IMG/VR virus record: IMGVR_UViG_3300043399_000297
Coordinates: 62,001 to 126,000 of that record
Length of the DNA: 64,000 bases
Direction: 5' to 3' (one strand)
Part shown: one piece after another, positions 1 through 10,243 of the stretch
How positions within the stretch are numbered: position 1 is the stretch's first letter
How the letters are laid out: the number at the start of each line of letters is the position of its first letter
Translations under genes and position numbers: made by a program
Notes under the pieces: model-generated
What the model was told of the DNA's origin: nothing
The model's input: the letters and a program-made list of their open reading frames with translations, nothing else
The model's database searches: none

Positions 1-22
1 AGCCCCGGATACAGATTGGAAG

Positions 23-610
23 TTGCAGAATGATTGGCAAGTATACGAAGCTAGTCCATATGAATATACTATAAAACTAGAAGCTGATATGTATATTCCT
101 AGATCAATCGATTATTGGTGGGATATATTAAAGGATAGAGATTTAGTAGTATCAACCACTATTAGAAATTTTAAACAAGAGATTTCAGATATCAAAGCAT
201 ATCGCAGATTTATTATTGATAATAATTTGCCGGATACATATAATGCAATTACATATTTTCGTAAAAGCGAATTAGCAGAAAAATTCTTTAAGATTGTTAG
301 AGATGTGTTTGAGAATTGGGATGTATATAGAAGTTCTCTCAAATGCAATACAAATGAATTATGCACTACAGACTGGGCTTACGCTATTGCTAGTCATATA
401 TTAGGAGTTGAGAATACTACATTGCCTCCGTTTAAAGAAATGTCTATGGTTCATATGAAGCAGTTTATTAATAGTCTTCCAACTGAGAATTGGACAGATA
501 TATTCATTCACGAAATATTACCGCACACGTTTAGAATCAATACAATTGCACAGATGTATCCGGTTCATTACCATATCAAGAGTTTTGCTAAGGAAGCATT
601 AAATGGATGA
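23..610 (+). CDS. Glycosyltransferase-like protein (GT-A/GT8-like), 5'-truncated by the window edge
   Basis: Frame is open from the window start; SPYEYTIKLEADM resembles the DxD strand of GT8-like phage proteins. Confidence 0.5.
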   Translation: MQNDWQVYEASPYEYTIKLEADMYIPRSIDYWWDILKDRDLVVSTTIRNFKQEISDIKAYRRFIIDNNLPDTYNAITYFRKSELAEKFFKIVRDVFENWDVYRSSLKCNTNELCTTDWAYAIASHILGVENTTLPPFKEMSMVHMKQFINSLPTENWTDIFIHEILPHTFRINTIAQMYPVHYHIKSFAKEALNG

Positions 611-932
611 TCAAGAAGATTATGTAATCATTTGGGAACCGCCTGTTCTTGAAAAACCAGAGTTTCGTTTATACTATGACGACAGAGGTAATGTAATTAC
701 ATATACTTGCGAGAAGCTTGATGGCAATTATATCATCATTGATGCACTGACGTTTGCAGAAGCCAGACCCGACGTAAAAGTGGTAGATAATAAGTTAGTA
801 AAGATCGGTACCGGTTCTGTCATATCTCGTTTATTTTCATCCGACGAAGGTATTATGTGTGAAAAAGAAGACATAAGTATTGTTACTAATTCAGACGGAT
901 GCTTTTATAAACTAAGAGTAGTTAAAGTTTAA
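603..932 (+). CDS. Hypothetical protein
   Basis: 109-aa ORF overlapping the upstream stop, with AAGGA upstream. Confidence 0.6.
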   Translation: MDDQEDYVIIWEPPVLEKPEFRLYYDDRGNVITYTCEKLDGNYIIIDALTFAEARPDVKVVDNKLVKIGTGSVISRLFSSDEGIMCEKEDISIVTNSDGCFYKLRVVKV

Positions 933-1656
933 ACCCGCCGCTTATCTCAATTATTTGTGCGGTAATGTGTTTTCCTGCATTAGAGCAGAGTAGACTTGCC
1001 ATCTCCGCTATTTCTTCGGGTTTTCCCAATCTATTAAGCGCAGTAATACTTAACACTTCACTCAACATAGCCGGATCATTTGTTACGTATTCTGTTGTCT
1101 CACCGATAGTAAATCCTGGGCTTATTGAATTTACTGTTATCCCTCTGCTACCCAAGTCTGCTGCCATTACTCTAGTAAACGCATTCAATGCATTTTTGGC
1201 CATCGTATATACTATGATGTTTGGATCTGTTATTCTTGCGCCAGCAGATGAAATATTAATTACTCTACCTCCATCATTTATATTGTGATAAAAAGCGCGA
1301 GTCAAGAAGAACGCACTCTTGACATTATTGTTCATAATTTCATCGAAGAATTGTTCATCGGCTTTCAATATGTTACCATAATCACTGCCGCCTATATTGT
1401 TAACAAGTATGTCAATGTTATTGACTTTGTTTAATACAAGTGATGCTAGTTCCTCGGCATCTTTTTGTCCGGTTAATTTAATTTTAATTGCATCAGCTTG
1501 CCCGCCGTTTTTTATAATTTCTTCAACAGTATTCTTTGCAGCAACATCATTGTTAGCATAATTAATGATTACATTTATGCCCTGTTCAGCAAGTTTTAGT
1601 GCAATACTTTTTCCTATTCCGCGGCTTCCGCCGGTAATTAGTGCAGTTTTTGTCAT
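922..1656 (-). CDS. Short-chain dehydrogenase/reductase (FabG-like SDR)
   Basis: TGGSRGIG, NNIG (NNAG-like), NISS and YTMAK catalytic YxxxK motifs. Confidence 0.9.
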   Translation of the reverse strand: MTKTALITGGSRGIGKSIALKLAEQGINVIINYANNDVAAKNTVEEIIKNGGQADAIKIKLTGQKDAEELASLVLNKVNNIDILVNNIGGSDYGNILKADEQFFDEIMNNNVKSAFFLTRAFYHNINDGGRVINISSAGARITDPNIIVYTMAKNALNAFTRVMAADLGSRGITVNSISPGFTIGETTEYVTNDPAMLSEVLSITALNRLGKPEEIAEMASLLCSNAGKHITAQIIEISGGFKL

Positions 1657-1661
1657 AGAGA

Positions 1662-1697
1662 TATTTATTATTTACTATGTCAGAAGTAAAGTAAATA
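1662..1697. promoter_or_regulatory. Divergent pair of T4-like late promoter cores (TAAATA)
   Basis: TAAATA on - (1667-1662) and on + (1692-1697), each 5 nt before an ATG. Confidence 0.6.
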
Positions 1698-1702
1698 ATG
1701 CA

Positions 1703-2647
1703 ATGGACGACATTATTGATATTGCAGACTTAGACGTAATATACCTAAGCTATGACGAACCTCAAAAAGAAGAATTCTGGCTCAAGATTAAGAATATGGT
1801 GCCTTGGGCTGTCAGAGTAGATGGTGTTAAGGGAAGTGACGCTGCACATAAAGCAGCAGGGGAAGCATCATCTACTGAGAGATTCATTCTCATTGACGGT
1901 GACAACTTGCCCGATGAGAACTTCTTTAATTTACAATTAGACTTTACCGATAAAGACCCTAACTACAAGTTAGCGCAGTATCGTTGGAGAGCAGTCAATG
2001 CTATCAACGGGCTACGTTATGGCAACGGCGGTATGTCGTCCTGGACAAAAACTTATGTTGCCAATATGAAGACCCACGAAAGTAGTGACGGTAGTGATGC
2101 CACGACGGTTGACTTTTGTATGGATTCTTCAGATAATCTATACTGGGCAATGCACGATTGCTACTCTACTACGTATCCAAACTACACTCCCTTCCAAGCG
2201 TGGAGAGCAGGATTCCGTGAAGGTGTCAAGATGGTGCTTGATCGGGGTGCAAGGCCCAGTATAGACGATTTCAAAGAGAGAGTTGCTGGCCGCAATTTAG
2301 ATAATCTTAAAGTTTGGTTTAATGTCGGCGCAGACGCAGAGAACGGCTACTGGGCCATATATGGCGCAAGGCTCGGAACGTATATGACTATGCTTACTGA
2401 CTGGGACTATTTAGAAGTAGCGGACTTTGATACATTTGTTAAATTGTGGGAAGACCATAGATATAATTATCCTGAACAAGAAATTGAACGTCTTGGCAGA
2501 GAATTAGATAATAAATTAGGTCTCCCCGTCTGCTTACTCAGCCCGGAACAATCAAAGTTCTTCAAGCATTTTTACAACGCTGACAAACACAATCAAGGAC
2601 CATTGGTCAAGGAGATGGATGTGATTCGCCGCCTAGAGGGATGGTGA
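1703..2647 (+). CDS. GT-A-fold glycosyltransferase-like protein
   Basis: DVIYLSYDE, RVDGVKGSDAAHKAA, LIDGD (DxD) and WRAGFREGVK; start moved to the ATG at 1703 after TAAATA. Confidence 0.6.
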   Translation: MDDIIDIADLDVIYLSYDEPQKEEFWLKIKNMVPWAVRVDGVKGSDAAHKAAGEASSTERFILIDGDNLPDENFFNLQLDFTDKDPNYKLAQYRWRAVNAINGLRYGNGGMSSWTKTYVANMKTHESSDGSDATTVDFCMDSSDNLYWAMHDCYSTTYPNYTPFQAWRAGFREGVKMVLDRGARPSIDDFKERVAGRNLDNLKVWFNVGADAENGYWAIYGARLGTYMTMLTDWDYLEVADFDTFVKLWEDHRYNYPEQEIERLGRELDNKLGLPVCLLSPEQSKFFKHFYNADKHNQGPLVKEMDVIRRLEGW

Positions 2648-2648
2648 G

Positions 2649-3224
2649 TTACTTAAACTTACATTTATCGCCATGGTTCTTGGTATAGTTACTTGCCCCT
2701 TTACCTTCTTTCCCGCAATGTTCACACTTCCATTTGCGTTGAGAAGGATGTGTTCCAGCTTCAAGGGTTCTGCGATTCATTTCTCTTTGAATATTGCCAC
2801 CTAAGAACGGGTGCGTTCCGTTCTTAGCTCTTTCTCTTTGTAATTCTCCGCCTAGAAAATTATGAGTACCGTTCTTAACCCGCTCCTCGTTTATAGCCCG
2901 ACTGACTTCTCCGCCTAAGAAATGATGGGTCCCTGCGTTAACTAATTTTTTCTGAGTGTTTCTAGAAAGCATTGACAACTCATCAGGGGATAGCTGCATA
3001 TTATGAATAGCTATCTTGTAGCAGGCACCGTAGTCACCTTGAGCATAATGAATATTATAGTGTTCTTGAACAGAAAGAGCAACTAAATTAGATGGATGAT
3101 TGTTCTTGCGATTTCCATCAATATGATGCACTTCATAGGTGCGGCCGTCTGAATCTTTTGGAATAAACCCATAATGAGCTTCATAGATTTTTCGGTACTT
3201 AGTTGTACCGCAGTAAATACACAT
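2649..3224 (-). CDS. Free-standing HNH homing endonuclease
   Basis: YEVHHIDGNRKNNHPSNLVALSVQEH, repeated GTHxFLGG units and C-terminal CEHC; likely start MCIYCG at 3224. Confidence 0.85.
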   Translation of the reverse strand: MCIYCGTTKYRKIYEAHYGFIPKDSDGRTYEVHHIDGNRKNNHPSNLVALSVQEHYNIHYAQGDYGACYKIAIHNMQLSPDELSMLSRNTQKKLVNAGTHHFLGGEVSRAINEERVKNGTHNFLGGELQRERAKNGTHPFLGGNIQREMNRRTLEAGTHPSQRKWKCEHCGKEGKGASNYTKNHGDKCKFK

Positions 3225-3293
3225 AGCTGATAGTCCTTTCACGACTGTTAGAGTAGTTGGGAATCCCCATTCCGCGAACTACAACTTTATTTA
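3225..3293 (-). promoter_or_regulatory. Late promoter and structured 5' leader of the HNH gene
   Basis: Minus strand reads TAAATA..GTAGTT-cgc-GGAAT-gggg-ATTCC-c-AACTAC..AGTC-gtgaaag-GACT-atcagct-ATG; the second hairpin overlaps the AAGGA RBS. Confidence 0.55.
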
Positions 3294-3310
3294 TCTTAAA
3301 AGAGCAAAAA

Positions 3311-4723
3311 TTGTCAGAATCAGAAACCGACAGAATAAAAAGAATTCGTGACTACATTGATGTAGATGCTACGCCTACATTCTGTTTGGCCAAGTGGCAT
3401 CACGTTACGATGTATCTACAGTCAGGTGAAACACATAGTTGTTATCACCCTCAGCCGCATAAGATTCCACTAGAAGAACTGAAGGATAATCCCTCAGCAT
3501 TACATAATACAATGCATAAGAAATTAGAGCGCCAGCAAATGCTTAATGGTGAGAAACCGGTAGGTTGTCAATATTGCTGGAATATAGAAAGTATGGGACC
3601 GGACTATATAAGTGATAGACACATTAGAAATAGTTCCATATTTACGGAGGAACGTTATGTTCATACATCTAAAGGTCCATGGGATCAAAATATTAATCCT
3701 GAGTATTTGGAAATTAATTTCGGTAATGAGTGTAATTTTAAGTGCGGGTATTGTCATCCAAAATACTCTACTCGATTTTATAAAGAGATTGAAGACTTCG
3801 GGCCGGTAACAACCGTAAAGAACCATCGCTGTGATATTGACTGGATGAAACTATACCAGCGCGAAGAAGAAAATCCATATGTTGATGCATTCTGGAAGTG
3901 GTGGCCTGAACTACGCAAGACATTGAACATTATGCGTATTACTGGAGGTGAACCTACATTACACAAATCAACTTGGCAGATTCTTGACAGTATCGACGAG
4001 GACCCAATGCCATGGTTAGAACTTAATATTAATAGTAATTTTGGTACTAAGCATATATTGTTTGAAAGATTAAGTGAAAAAGTAAACAAACTAGTTAGCG
4101 AAAAGAAAATTAGAAATTTCAAGATGTTCACATCAATGGACACTTGGGGACCTAGAGCAGAATATATTCGCACTGGGTTAGACTTAACCGTTTGGGAAAA
4201 GAACTTTCACACTTATATGTCAAAGACAGGCTGTCCGGTCACATTTATGATCACATTTAATATTTTCAGTGTGACAAGCTTTAAGAGTTTACTTGAGAAG
4301 TTTTTAGAGTGGCGAAAGTTATATGGCTGGTATGATATTGAACAGTTATCCTACCCTATGCATAGAGTAAGATTTGATACGCCATATCTTCGTGACCCGA
4401 TTCAATATGATATGAACATTCTTCCAAAGGAAGAATTTATGCCCTATATGTATGACTCATTAAAGTTCATAGAAGACAACCTAGATGACACACGCCCGGA
4501 TGCGTTCACTACAATTGAATATGAAAAGTTCAAGAGAGTGGTTGACTATATGGCAGAAACAGTGTATAATGATGAGAAGTTGATTGAAGGTCGTAGAGAC
4601 TTTTATAATTGGTTTAATGAGCTAGATGATCGTCGTGAAAACGATATGTTATCTGTGTTCCCTGAAATGATGGATTTTTATAGATTATGTCAGCAAGCAA
4701 ATTTGACAAACCCTTTCTCTTAA
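3311..4723 (+). CDS. Radical SAM protein with N-terminal twitch/SPASM-like Cys domain
   Basis: CNFKCGYC, TGGEPT and N-terminal CLAKWHH..SCYH..CQYCW; probable TTG start at 3311. Confidence 0.85.
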   Translation: MSESETDRIKRIRDYIDVDATPTFCLAKWHHVTMYLQSGETHSCYHPQPHKIPLEELKDNPSALHNTMHKKLERQQMLNGEKPVGCQYCWNIESMGPDYISDRHIRNSSIFTEERYVHTSKGPWDQNINPEYLEINFGNECNFKCGYCHPKYSTRFYKEIEDFGPVTTVKNHRCDIDWMKLYQREEENPYVDAFWKWWPELRKTLNIMRITGGEPTLHKSTWQILDSIDEDPMPWLELNINSNFGTKHILFERLSEKVNKLVSEKKIRNFKMFTSMDTWGPRAEYIRTGLDLTVWEKNFHTYMSKTGCPVTFMITFNIFSVTSFKSLLEKFLEWRKLYGWYDIEQLSYPMHRVRFDTPYLRDPIQYDMNILPKEEFMPYMYDSLKFIEDNLDDTRPDAFTTIEYEKFKRVVDYMAETVYNDEKLIEGRRDFYNWFNELDDRRENDMLSVFPEMMDFYRLCQQANLTNPFS

Positions 4724-5931
4724 ACCAAAGTAAAACATTTTGTATGTTCCCGTGGTTGCATCTTAACGCTACACCTAAAGGAGATGTCTACCCTTGCTGC
4801 TCAAATAATTATTCAGAACCGTTCGGAAGTACTAAAGAGAATACTCTAGAGGAAATTTTTAACAGTCCAAAGATGAAGGAATTACGTTTGGATATGCTAA
4901 ACGAGCGTAAAAATAATATTTGTGACTTTTGTTATAAGCACGAAGAAGCAGGACCTCATAGTTTTAGAAGCTATAGTAAAACACATTTCAGTAAATATTT
5001 TGATGAAGTTGTTCCTACCACATTAGAGGACGGAACCGTCCCTGATTTCAAGATGCGGTATTTTGATATTCGCTTTAGTAATATTTGCAATTTTAAATGT
5101 CGTACTTGCGGTAGTGAATTCAGTAGTCAGTGGGCTACTGATATGCAAAAGCACTTTGATCCCTCACATCCAATTGTGATTCACGTTGATGATAATACAG
5201 GGAACGTTCTTGATGAGGTGTTAGAACACATTGATTATATTGATTTGGCATATTTCGCCGGCGGCGAACCCCTCATCACTGACGAGCATTATACAATGCT
5301 TGAAGCGATGATACGCAAGGGACGAACAGATATCACACTTAGGTATAATACTAATGCTAGTAATATCAAATATAAGAAACACGATATTCTAGAATTGTGG
5401 AAACACTTTAATAAGATAGAATTGAGTTGCAGCATTGACCATTATGGATCTAGGGCAGAATATATAAGAAAGGGAACCGATTGGGGTAAGGTAGAAAGTA
5501 ACCTTTTAACTTTTAGAGAACTAGACTACATTGATTTTCAAATTAATACAGTATTATCTATTTTTAACGTATTAACGTTAGATGATTTCTACACATATCT
5601 TTATTCAAAGGATATTATTAGAAAGCACGACTGGTACCATAGTTTATATCTAGCTGTTCATCCCAATTATTATTGTGCTAAAAGTTTACCCAAAGAACTT
5701 AAACTAATTGCTACCCAAAAACTTAACAGTTGGTATAATAATCATAAAGACGATGAAACTTGTGTTCCTAGATTAATGACTGAGGGTAATTCTTTTATGA
5801 ATGAAAGCCACAACTGGAGTCAATATAAAAATAAATTTTTTATGCATACTAACAGCATAGACAATATAAGAGGCGAAAGTTTGTGGGAAGTATTTCCCGA
5901 GTTAAGTAAATTACAAGATTTAGAGGAATAG
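4687..5931 (+). CDS. Twitch-domain radical SAM protein
   Basis: CMFPWLH..PCC..CDFC, CNFKCRTC, AGGEP. Confidence 0.88.
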   Translation: MSASKFDKPFLLNQSKTFCMFPWLHLNATPKGDVYPCCSNNYSEPFGSTKENTLEEIFNSPKMKELRLDMLNERKNNICDFCYKHEEAGPHSFRSYSKTHFSKYFDEVVPTTLEDGTVPDFKMRYFDIRFSNICNFKCRTCGSEFSSQWATDMQKHFDPSHPIVIHVDDNTGNVLDEVLEHIDYIDLAYFAGGEPLITDEHYTMLEAMIRKGRTDITLRYNTNASNIKYKKHDILELWKHFNKIELSCSIDHYGSRAEYIRKGTDWGKVESNLLTFRELDYIDFQINTVLSIFNVLTLDDFYTYLYSKDIIRKHDWYHSLYLAVHPNYYCAKSLPKELKLIATQKLNSWYNNHKDDETCVPRLMTEGNSFMNESHNWSQYKNKFFMHTNSIDNIRGESLWEVFPELSKLQDLEE

Positions 5932-5934
5932 ATA

Positions 5935-7212
5935 ATGCCTAATAGAGAGCAAGTAGAAAATCTAGTAAAGAACGGTAAGCATTTCTGTGTATTACCCTGG
6001 GTACATTTTCACGCCTGGCCTGACTCAAGAGTGATGCCTTGTTGTGTTGCTGATAGTGAATTGCCTGTTGCTAAGATTGAAGACGACCAATCAATTATTG
6101 ATTTAATGAACAGCGATAGGTATAAGGAAATACGCGCTGCTATGCTAAACGACGAACCGGTCAATGAGTGTAAGCGTTGTTTTGATATTGAGTTGATGGG
6201 CACCTGGACTATGAGACAGTCGCATAATACTAGACGAGGACTAGAGTATGTTGACTATATCACTAATAATACGCAAGAAGATGGGCATTTGAGTGAATTT
6301 GAGATGAAGTATATGGATATACGCTTTAGTAATCTATGTAATTTCAAGTGCCGTAGCTGCGGTCCTGCTTGCTCTTCCCAACACGCACAAGAATATATAG
6401 AAAATCAGGGCAAGGATAAGTATAAACAATATTTTAATACTGATAAAGTCATTATCAACAATAATGAAGAACAAAAGTTTATGCTCAAACTTAAGCCTTA
6501 TTTGGCCGATGTATTAGAAGTTTATTTCGCAGGTGGCGAAATTATCATTACTCCTGAGCATTATGAATGTCTTGACTATTGGATAGAGAACGGACAAGCT
6601 GATACTATTGAACTTAACTATACAACCAACTTTAGTACACTACACGGATACAAAGATAAAAATCTACTAGAATACTGGAAGAAGTTTAAGAATGTTCAAG
6701 TTTGGGCAAGTCTTGATGCTCACGGGCCTTTAGCAGAATGTATTCGCAAGGGTTCAGATTGGGAAAGAATCGAACAAAATATTAAGGATTTGAAAGCAGA
6801 AGTACCGCACGTTCAATTTCAAATTACTCCCACAATTAGTATTTGGAATATCTTTAAGTTTCCTGATTTCTTTGACTATATGGTACAAAACAACTATATT
6901 TCTACGGATTCTTGTCCTAGATTTAATCTGTTAACAAGCCCTTGGTTTGCTAATATTATGATTATGCCTAAGCACGTAAAGAATAGATTGATTGAATTAT
7001 ATAGAGTATACGCAAACAAGTATGGAAAACATAACGTAGATTTGCACAATGGATTCAAGATGATCATTTATAATCTTAGTGTGGGTGAAGAAAATAAGGG
7101 CGGCATTCAAGAATTTATGAAGTACAATGAAGAAATGGACAAGTGGAGAAAAGAAAAGTTCGAAGACCTTGTCCCAGAAATTAAGGAAGTTTATGAGTGG
7201 GCACAATCCTAA
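5935..7212 (+). CDS. Twitch-domain radical SAM protein
   Basis: CVLPWVH..PCC..CKRC, CNFKCRSC, AGGE. Confidence 0.88.
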   Translation: MPNREQVENLVKNGKHFCVLPWVHFHAWPDSRVMPCCVADSELPVAKIEDDQSIIDLMNSDRYKEIRAAMLNDEPVNECKRCFDIELMGTWTMRQSHNTRRGLEYVDYITNNTQEDGHLSEFEMKYMDIRFSNLCNFKCRSCGPACSSQHAQEYIENQGKDKYKQYFNTDKVIINNNEEQKFMLKLKPYLADVLEVYFAGGEIIITPEHYECLDYWIENGQADTIELNYTTNFSTLHGYKDKNLLEYWKKFKNVQVWASLDAHGPLAECIRKGSDWERIEQNIKDLKAEVPHVQFQITPTISIWNIFKFPDFFDYMVQNNYISTDSCPRFNLLTSPWFANIMIMPKHVKNRLIELYRVYANKYGKHNVDLHNGFKMIIYNLSVGEENKGGIQEFMKYNEEMDKWRKEKFEDLVPEIKEVYEWAQS

Positions 7213-7378
7213 TTGTAGACAGATTCTATTAGTAGAAAAGGTTCGGCAATTTGTTACTGAATACCAACATCACTACAATTTAGATCAAGTATACGGAATA
7301 GATATTGAAGCGTCATTGTTTCTTTTTGTAAAAGAATGTATTAAGGAATATAATGAAGCGAAACCTAATCGCAATTGA
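7193..7378 (+). CDS. Small hypothetical protein (61 aa)
   Basis: AAGGA RBS at about 7183 and ATG at 7193; fills the gap between two radical SAM genes and overlaps both. Confidence 0.55.
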   Translation: MSGHNPNCRQILLVEKVRQFVTEYQHHYNLDQVYGIDIEASLFLFVKECIKEYNEAKPNRN

Positions 7379-8312
7379 AGCACCAGAACCCTATTTAGCG
7401 GTTACTTGGCAAGTCAACAATTTCTGCAACTTTCGTTGCAGTTATTGTAACCCTGGTAACTGGGGCGGCGCCAATCCCAACAATGGCAATCTTGCTATCT
7501 ATATCAATAATCTAAAAGACATTATCGACAAATATACTAGTATAGGATACAAGAATTTTAAGTTCTTTTTTAGTGGTGGTGAACCTACAGCTTGGCGCAA
7601 CTTTATTCCCATATGTGAGTTTCTAAAAGAATATGTAACTTGTACATTAGCAGTCAATACCAATCTAAGTAGACCAATTGAGTGGTGGCAAAAGCATTAT
7701 CATCTGTTTGATGATATCGTTGCCAGCTTTCACGTAGAGTTTACAAAGAAAGAACGATATGAGGAAAATAACATCTTCTTGTGCGATAAGGTAAATTATC
7801 TGTCAACTAAGATGCTGTTGCACGATGAAAGATTTTGGGAAGTCGTAGAGTTTGGCAACTATCTAAAAACAGTGATGCCAAACTACTTTATTGAATGGAC
7901 ACCACTGTTTGATGAGATGACAACTAATGCAGGTCCGTGGAACTATACTGACCCATTGAAAGAACAGTTCATACACGAACATACTATCGAAATTAAGCAG
8001 TCATTACCTAAACCCAACAAAGCCGCAGAAACGTCTAGTTATAATAGATATGACAATGGTGACATTTGCCCTACTAATTCTAATCAGGTTATTGTCGATG
8101 GGGACAATTTCTTCACTGGTTGGAAATGTAATGTGGGAGATAGCATTTTCATAAGCCCAAACGGAGATGTATCGTTGGCAAGCTGCGGTCAAGGTGGTAT
8201 AGTAGGGCATATATTAGAAGATATCAGTCAGGTTGGCCCAAAACAAATAATCTGTCATAAAGATCATTGTCATTGCGGAACAGATATTATCATACCTAAA
8301 TTTATCGATTAA
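7353..8312 (+). CDS. Radical SAM protein with C-terminal Cys-rich (twitch-like) domain
   Basis: CNFRCSYC, SGGEPT, C-terminal C..C..CHKDHCHCGTD. Confidence 0.88.
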   Translation: MKRNLIAIEAPEPYLAVTWQVNNFCNFRCSYCNPGNWGGANPNNGNLAIYINNLKDIIDKYTSIGYKNFKFFFSGGEPTAWRNFIPICEFLKEYVTCTLAVNTNLSRPIEWWQKHYHLFDDIVASFHVEFTKKERYEENNIFLCDKVNYLSTKMLLHDERFWEVVEFGNYLKTVMPNYFIEWTPLFDEMTTNAGPWNYTDPLKEQFIHEHTIEIKQSLPKPNKAAETSSYNRYDNGDICPTNSNQVIVDGDNFFTGWKCNVGDSIFISPNGDVSLASCGQGGIVGHILEDISQVGPKQIICHKDHCHCGTDIIIPKFID

Positions 8313-8320
8313 ATATTCAA

Positions 8321-10243
8321 ATGAGAAAAAAGATAGTAAGTTTTGTGTGTCCTAATTTTCCTCAGGGACCTAAGGAATTTAATGCATACTACCTGCCTTA
8401 TAGTCCTGGCGTGATATGGAGTTATGCCAACCAATTCGATGTAGTTAGTGATAATTTCCAGCTTGGGGAGTTTATTTGGCGCAGAGATCCTATAGAAGAA
8501 GTAGTTGAACGTCTAAAAAATCACGATATCGTGGGTCTGTCTACTTACATATGGAACAGAAGTTATATAAACGTTTTGGGTAGAGAGCTTAAAAAAGCTA
8601 ATCCCGATATCTTTATATTTACCGGCGGGCCCGAACCTCCCATTACTGATAAAAACTTCTTCAAGCGTTTCCCTTATCTTGATATTTGCGTGAAGCAAGA
8701 AGGCGAGAAAGCACTTAAGAATATTCTTGAGAGGTTTGCAACTGACAAAGATTATACTGTTATAACAGGGTTATTAGTTAATAATAACGGAGAAGTGATC
8801 AACACTGGCGAACCAGATCGCATAAGTGATTTGGATAATATCCCTAGTCCTTATTTAACAGGGATATTTGACGATTTGATGAGGAAACATCCAGACGTTA
8901 CTTGGAATGCAATTATTGAAACCAACAGGGGTTGTCCATATATGTGCACCTTTTGCGATTGGGGAAGCCTGACATATAGTAAGGTAAAGAAGTTTAACTT
9001 AGAGCGCGTATTTGATGAGCTAGAATGGGTAGGCAAGAACAACTGCGACTTCATATCAGTTACTGACGCGAATTTCGGTATCTTCGGTGAACGAGATATG
9101 CTAATAGCAGATAAATTAATTGAAATACAGAAAAAATATAATAAGCCTACTGCCTACTCATTCGCTTGGGCTAAGAACCAGAAAAAAGAAGTAGTGGAAA
9201 TTGTAAAGAAGCTTATATATGAAGGCGGAAGTAAGATTGGTCTAAATCTCAGCGTTCAGAGTATGGACGAAAATACTTTAGAAATAATCAAACGCAAGAA
9301 CCTCGAAATGAATCGAATCAAAGAAGTGTTTGAGATGTGCGAAGAAAACAATATTCCGTTATTTACTGAATTGATTTTAGGATTACCGGGCGAAACGGTA
9401 GATACTTGGAAAAATAATTTTTACAAGTTATATGAAGCTGGCAATCATACTGGTATTACTATATACCAGGCGCAGTTGCTTGAAAATGCCGAAATGAATC
9501 TAACTCAGCGTGAAGCCTATGATCTTAAGGGAACGATAGTTTATGACTATATCGCCGGTACTTATAATGAACACGAAGTAAAAGAGGGTGTGGAAGTTGT
9601 GATTTCTACCCGAGACCTGCCTACTGAGAAGATGATAGAATGTCAGGTTTTCAGTTGGTTTCAAAACACGTTTCACATTAACGGTATTACTAACTATATT
9701 GCTAGGTATTTACATAAGATTGGCATTCCGTATAATGAATTTTACGAAACATTATTTGAAGTCATTAAGAACGATGAGTACTTCAAGGAAGAAATTGAGA
9801 GAATCAAACTTCACTATTCTAATTGGAGTAAATTTGGTAAGATTGACCATACTCCGATTCAAGGTATTGAAATACACGGATGGAATCTAATACACAGTAC
9901 AATTATTAATTTGGCAAGCTTAGATAAACACGATTATATGTTTAATCTACTTGAAGAATTTTTAAACAACAACTTTGATATACCTGAGGATATACTTGAA
10001 GATTTATTAACTATACAAAAGAATTATTTTATACGGTATACTGACATTAGTAGTTACCCCAAGACTGTCAATTTGAAGTATGATATTCTTGGATATGTGC
10101 AGAATGACACCGAACTAAATGTGAATTCTACTTATATTTTCGATTTCCCGGAAGATAAAGATATGTCACTTATTCGGTTCTGTGAACAAATATATTTTGC
10201 CCGCCGCCGAAATTTCGGTAAAGCCTGGATTTCAAAAGTATGA
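8321..10243 (+). CDS. Cobalamin-binding radical SAM protein (class B methylase-like)
   Basis: N-terminal B12-binding-like domain (GLSTYIWN..GGPE), ETNRGCPYMCTFCDW, DANF, LGLPGET. Confidence 0.88.
   Translation: MRKKIVSFVCPNFPQGPKEFNAYYLPYSPGVIWSYANQFDVVSDNFQLGEFIWRRDPIEEVVERLKNHDIVGLSTYIWNRSYINVLGRELKKANPDIFIFTGGPEPPITDKNFFKRFPYLDICVKQEGEKALKNILERFATDKDYTVITGLLVNNNGEVINTGEPDRISDLDNIPSPYLTGIFDDLMRKHPDVTWNAIIETNRGCPYMCTFCDWGSLTYSKVKKFNLERVFDELEWVGKNNCDFISVTDANFGIFGERDMLIADKLIEIQKKYNKPTAYSFAWAKNQKKEVVEIVKKLIYEGGSKIGLNLSVQSMDENTLEIIKRKNLEMNRIKEVFEMCEENNIPLFTELILGLPGETVDTWKNNFYKLYEAGNHTGITIYQAQLLENAEMNLTQREAYDLKGTIVYDYIAGTYNEHEVKEGVEVVISTRDLPTEKMIECQVFSWFQNTFHINGITNYIARYLHKIGIPYNEFYETLFEVIKNDEYFKEEIERIKLHYSNWSKFGKIDHTPIQGIEIHGWNLIHSTIINLASLDKHDYMFNLLEEFLNNNFDIPEDILEDLLTIQKNYFIRYTDISSYPKTVNLKYDILGYVQNDTELNVNSTYIFDFPEDKDMSLIRFCEQIYFARRRNFGKAWISKV

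Noticed and set aside
3311-8312. Classical RiPP cluster
   Set aside because: No clear leader/core precursor, protease or transporter; context is dominated by sugar enzymes
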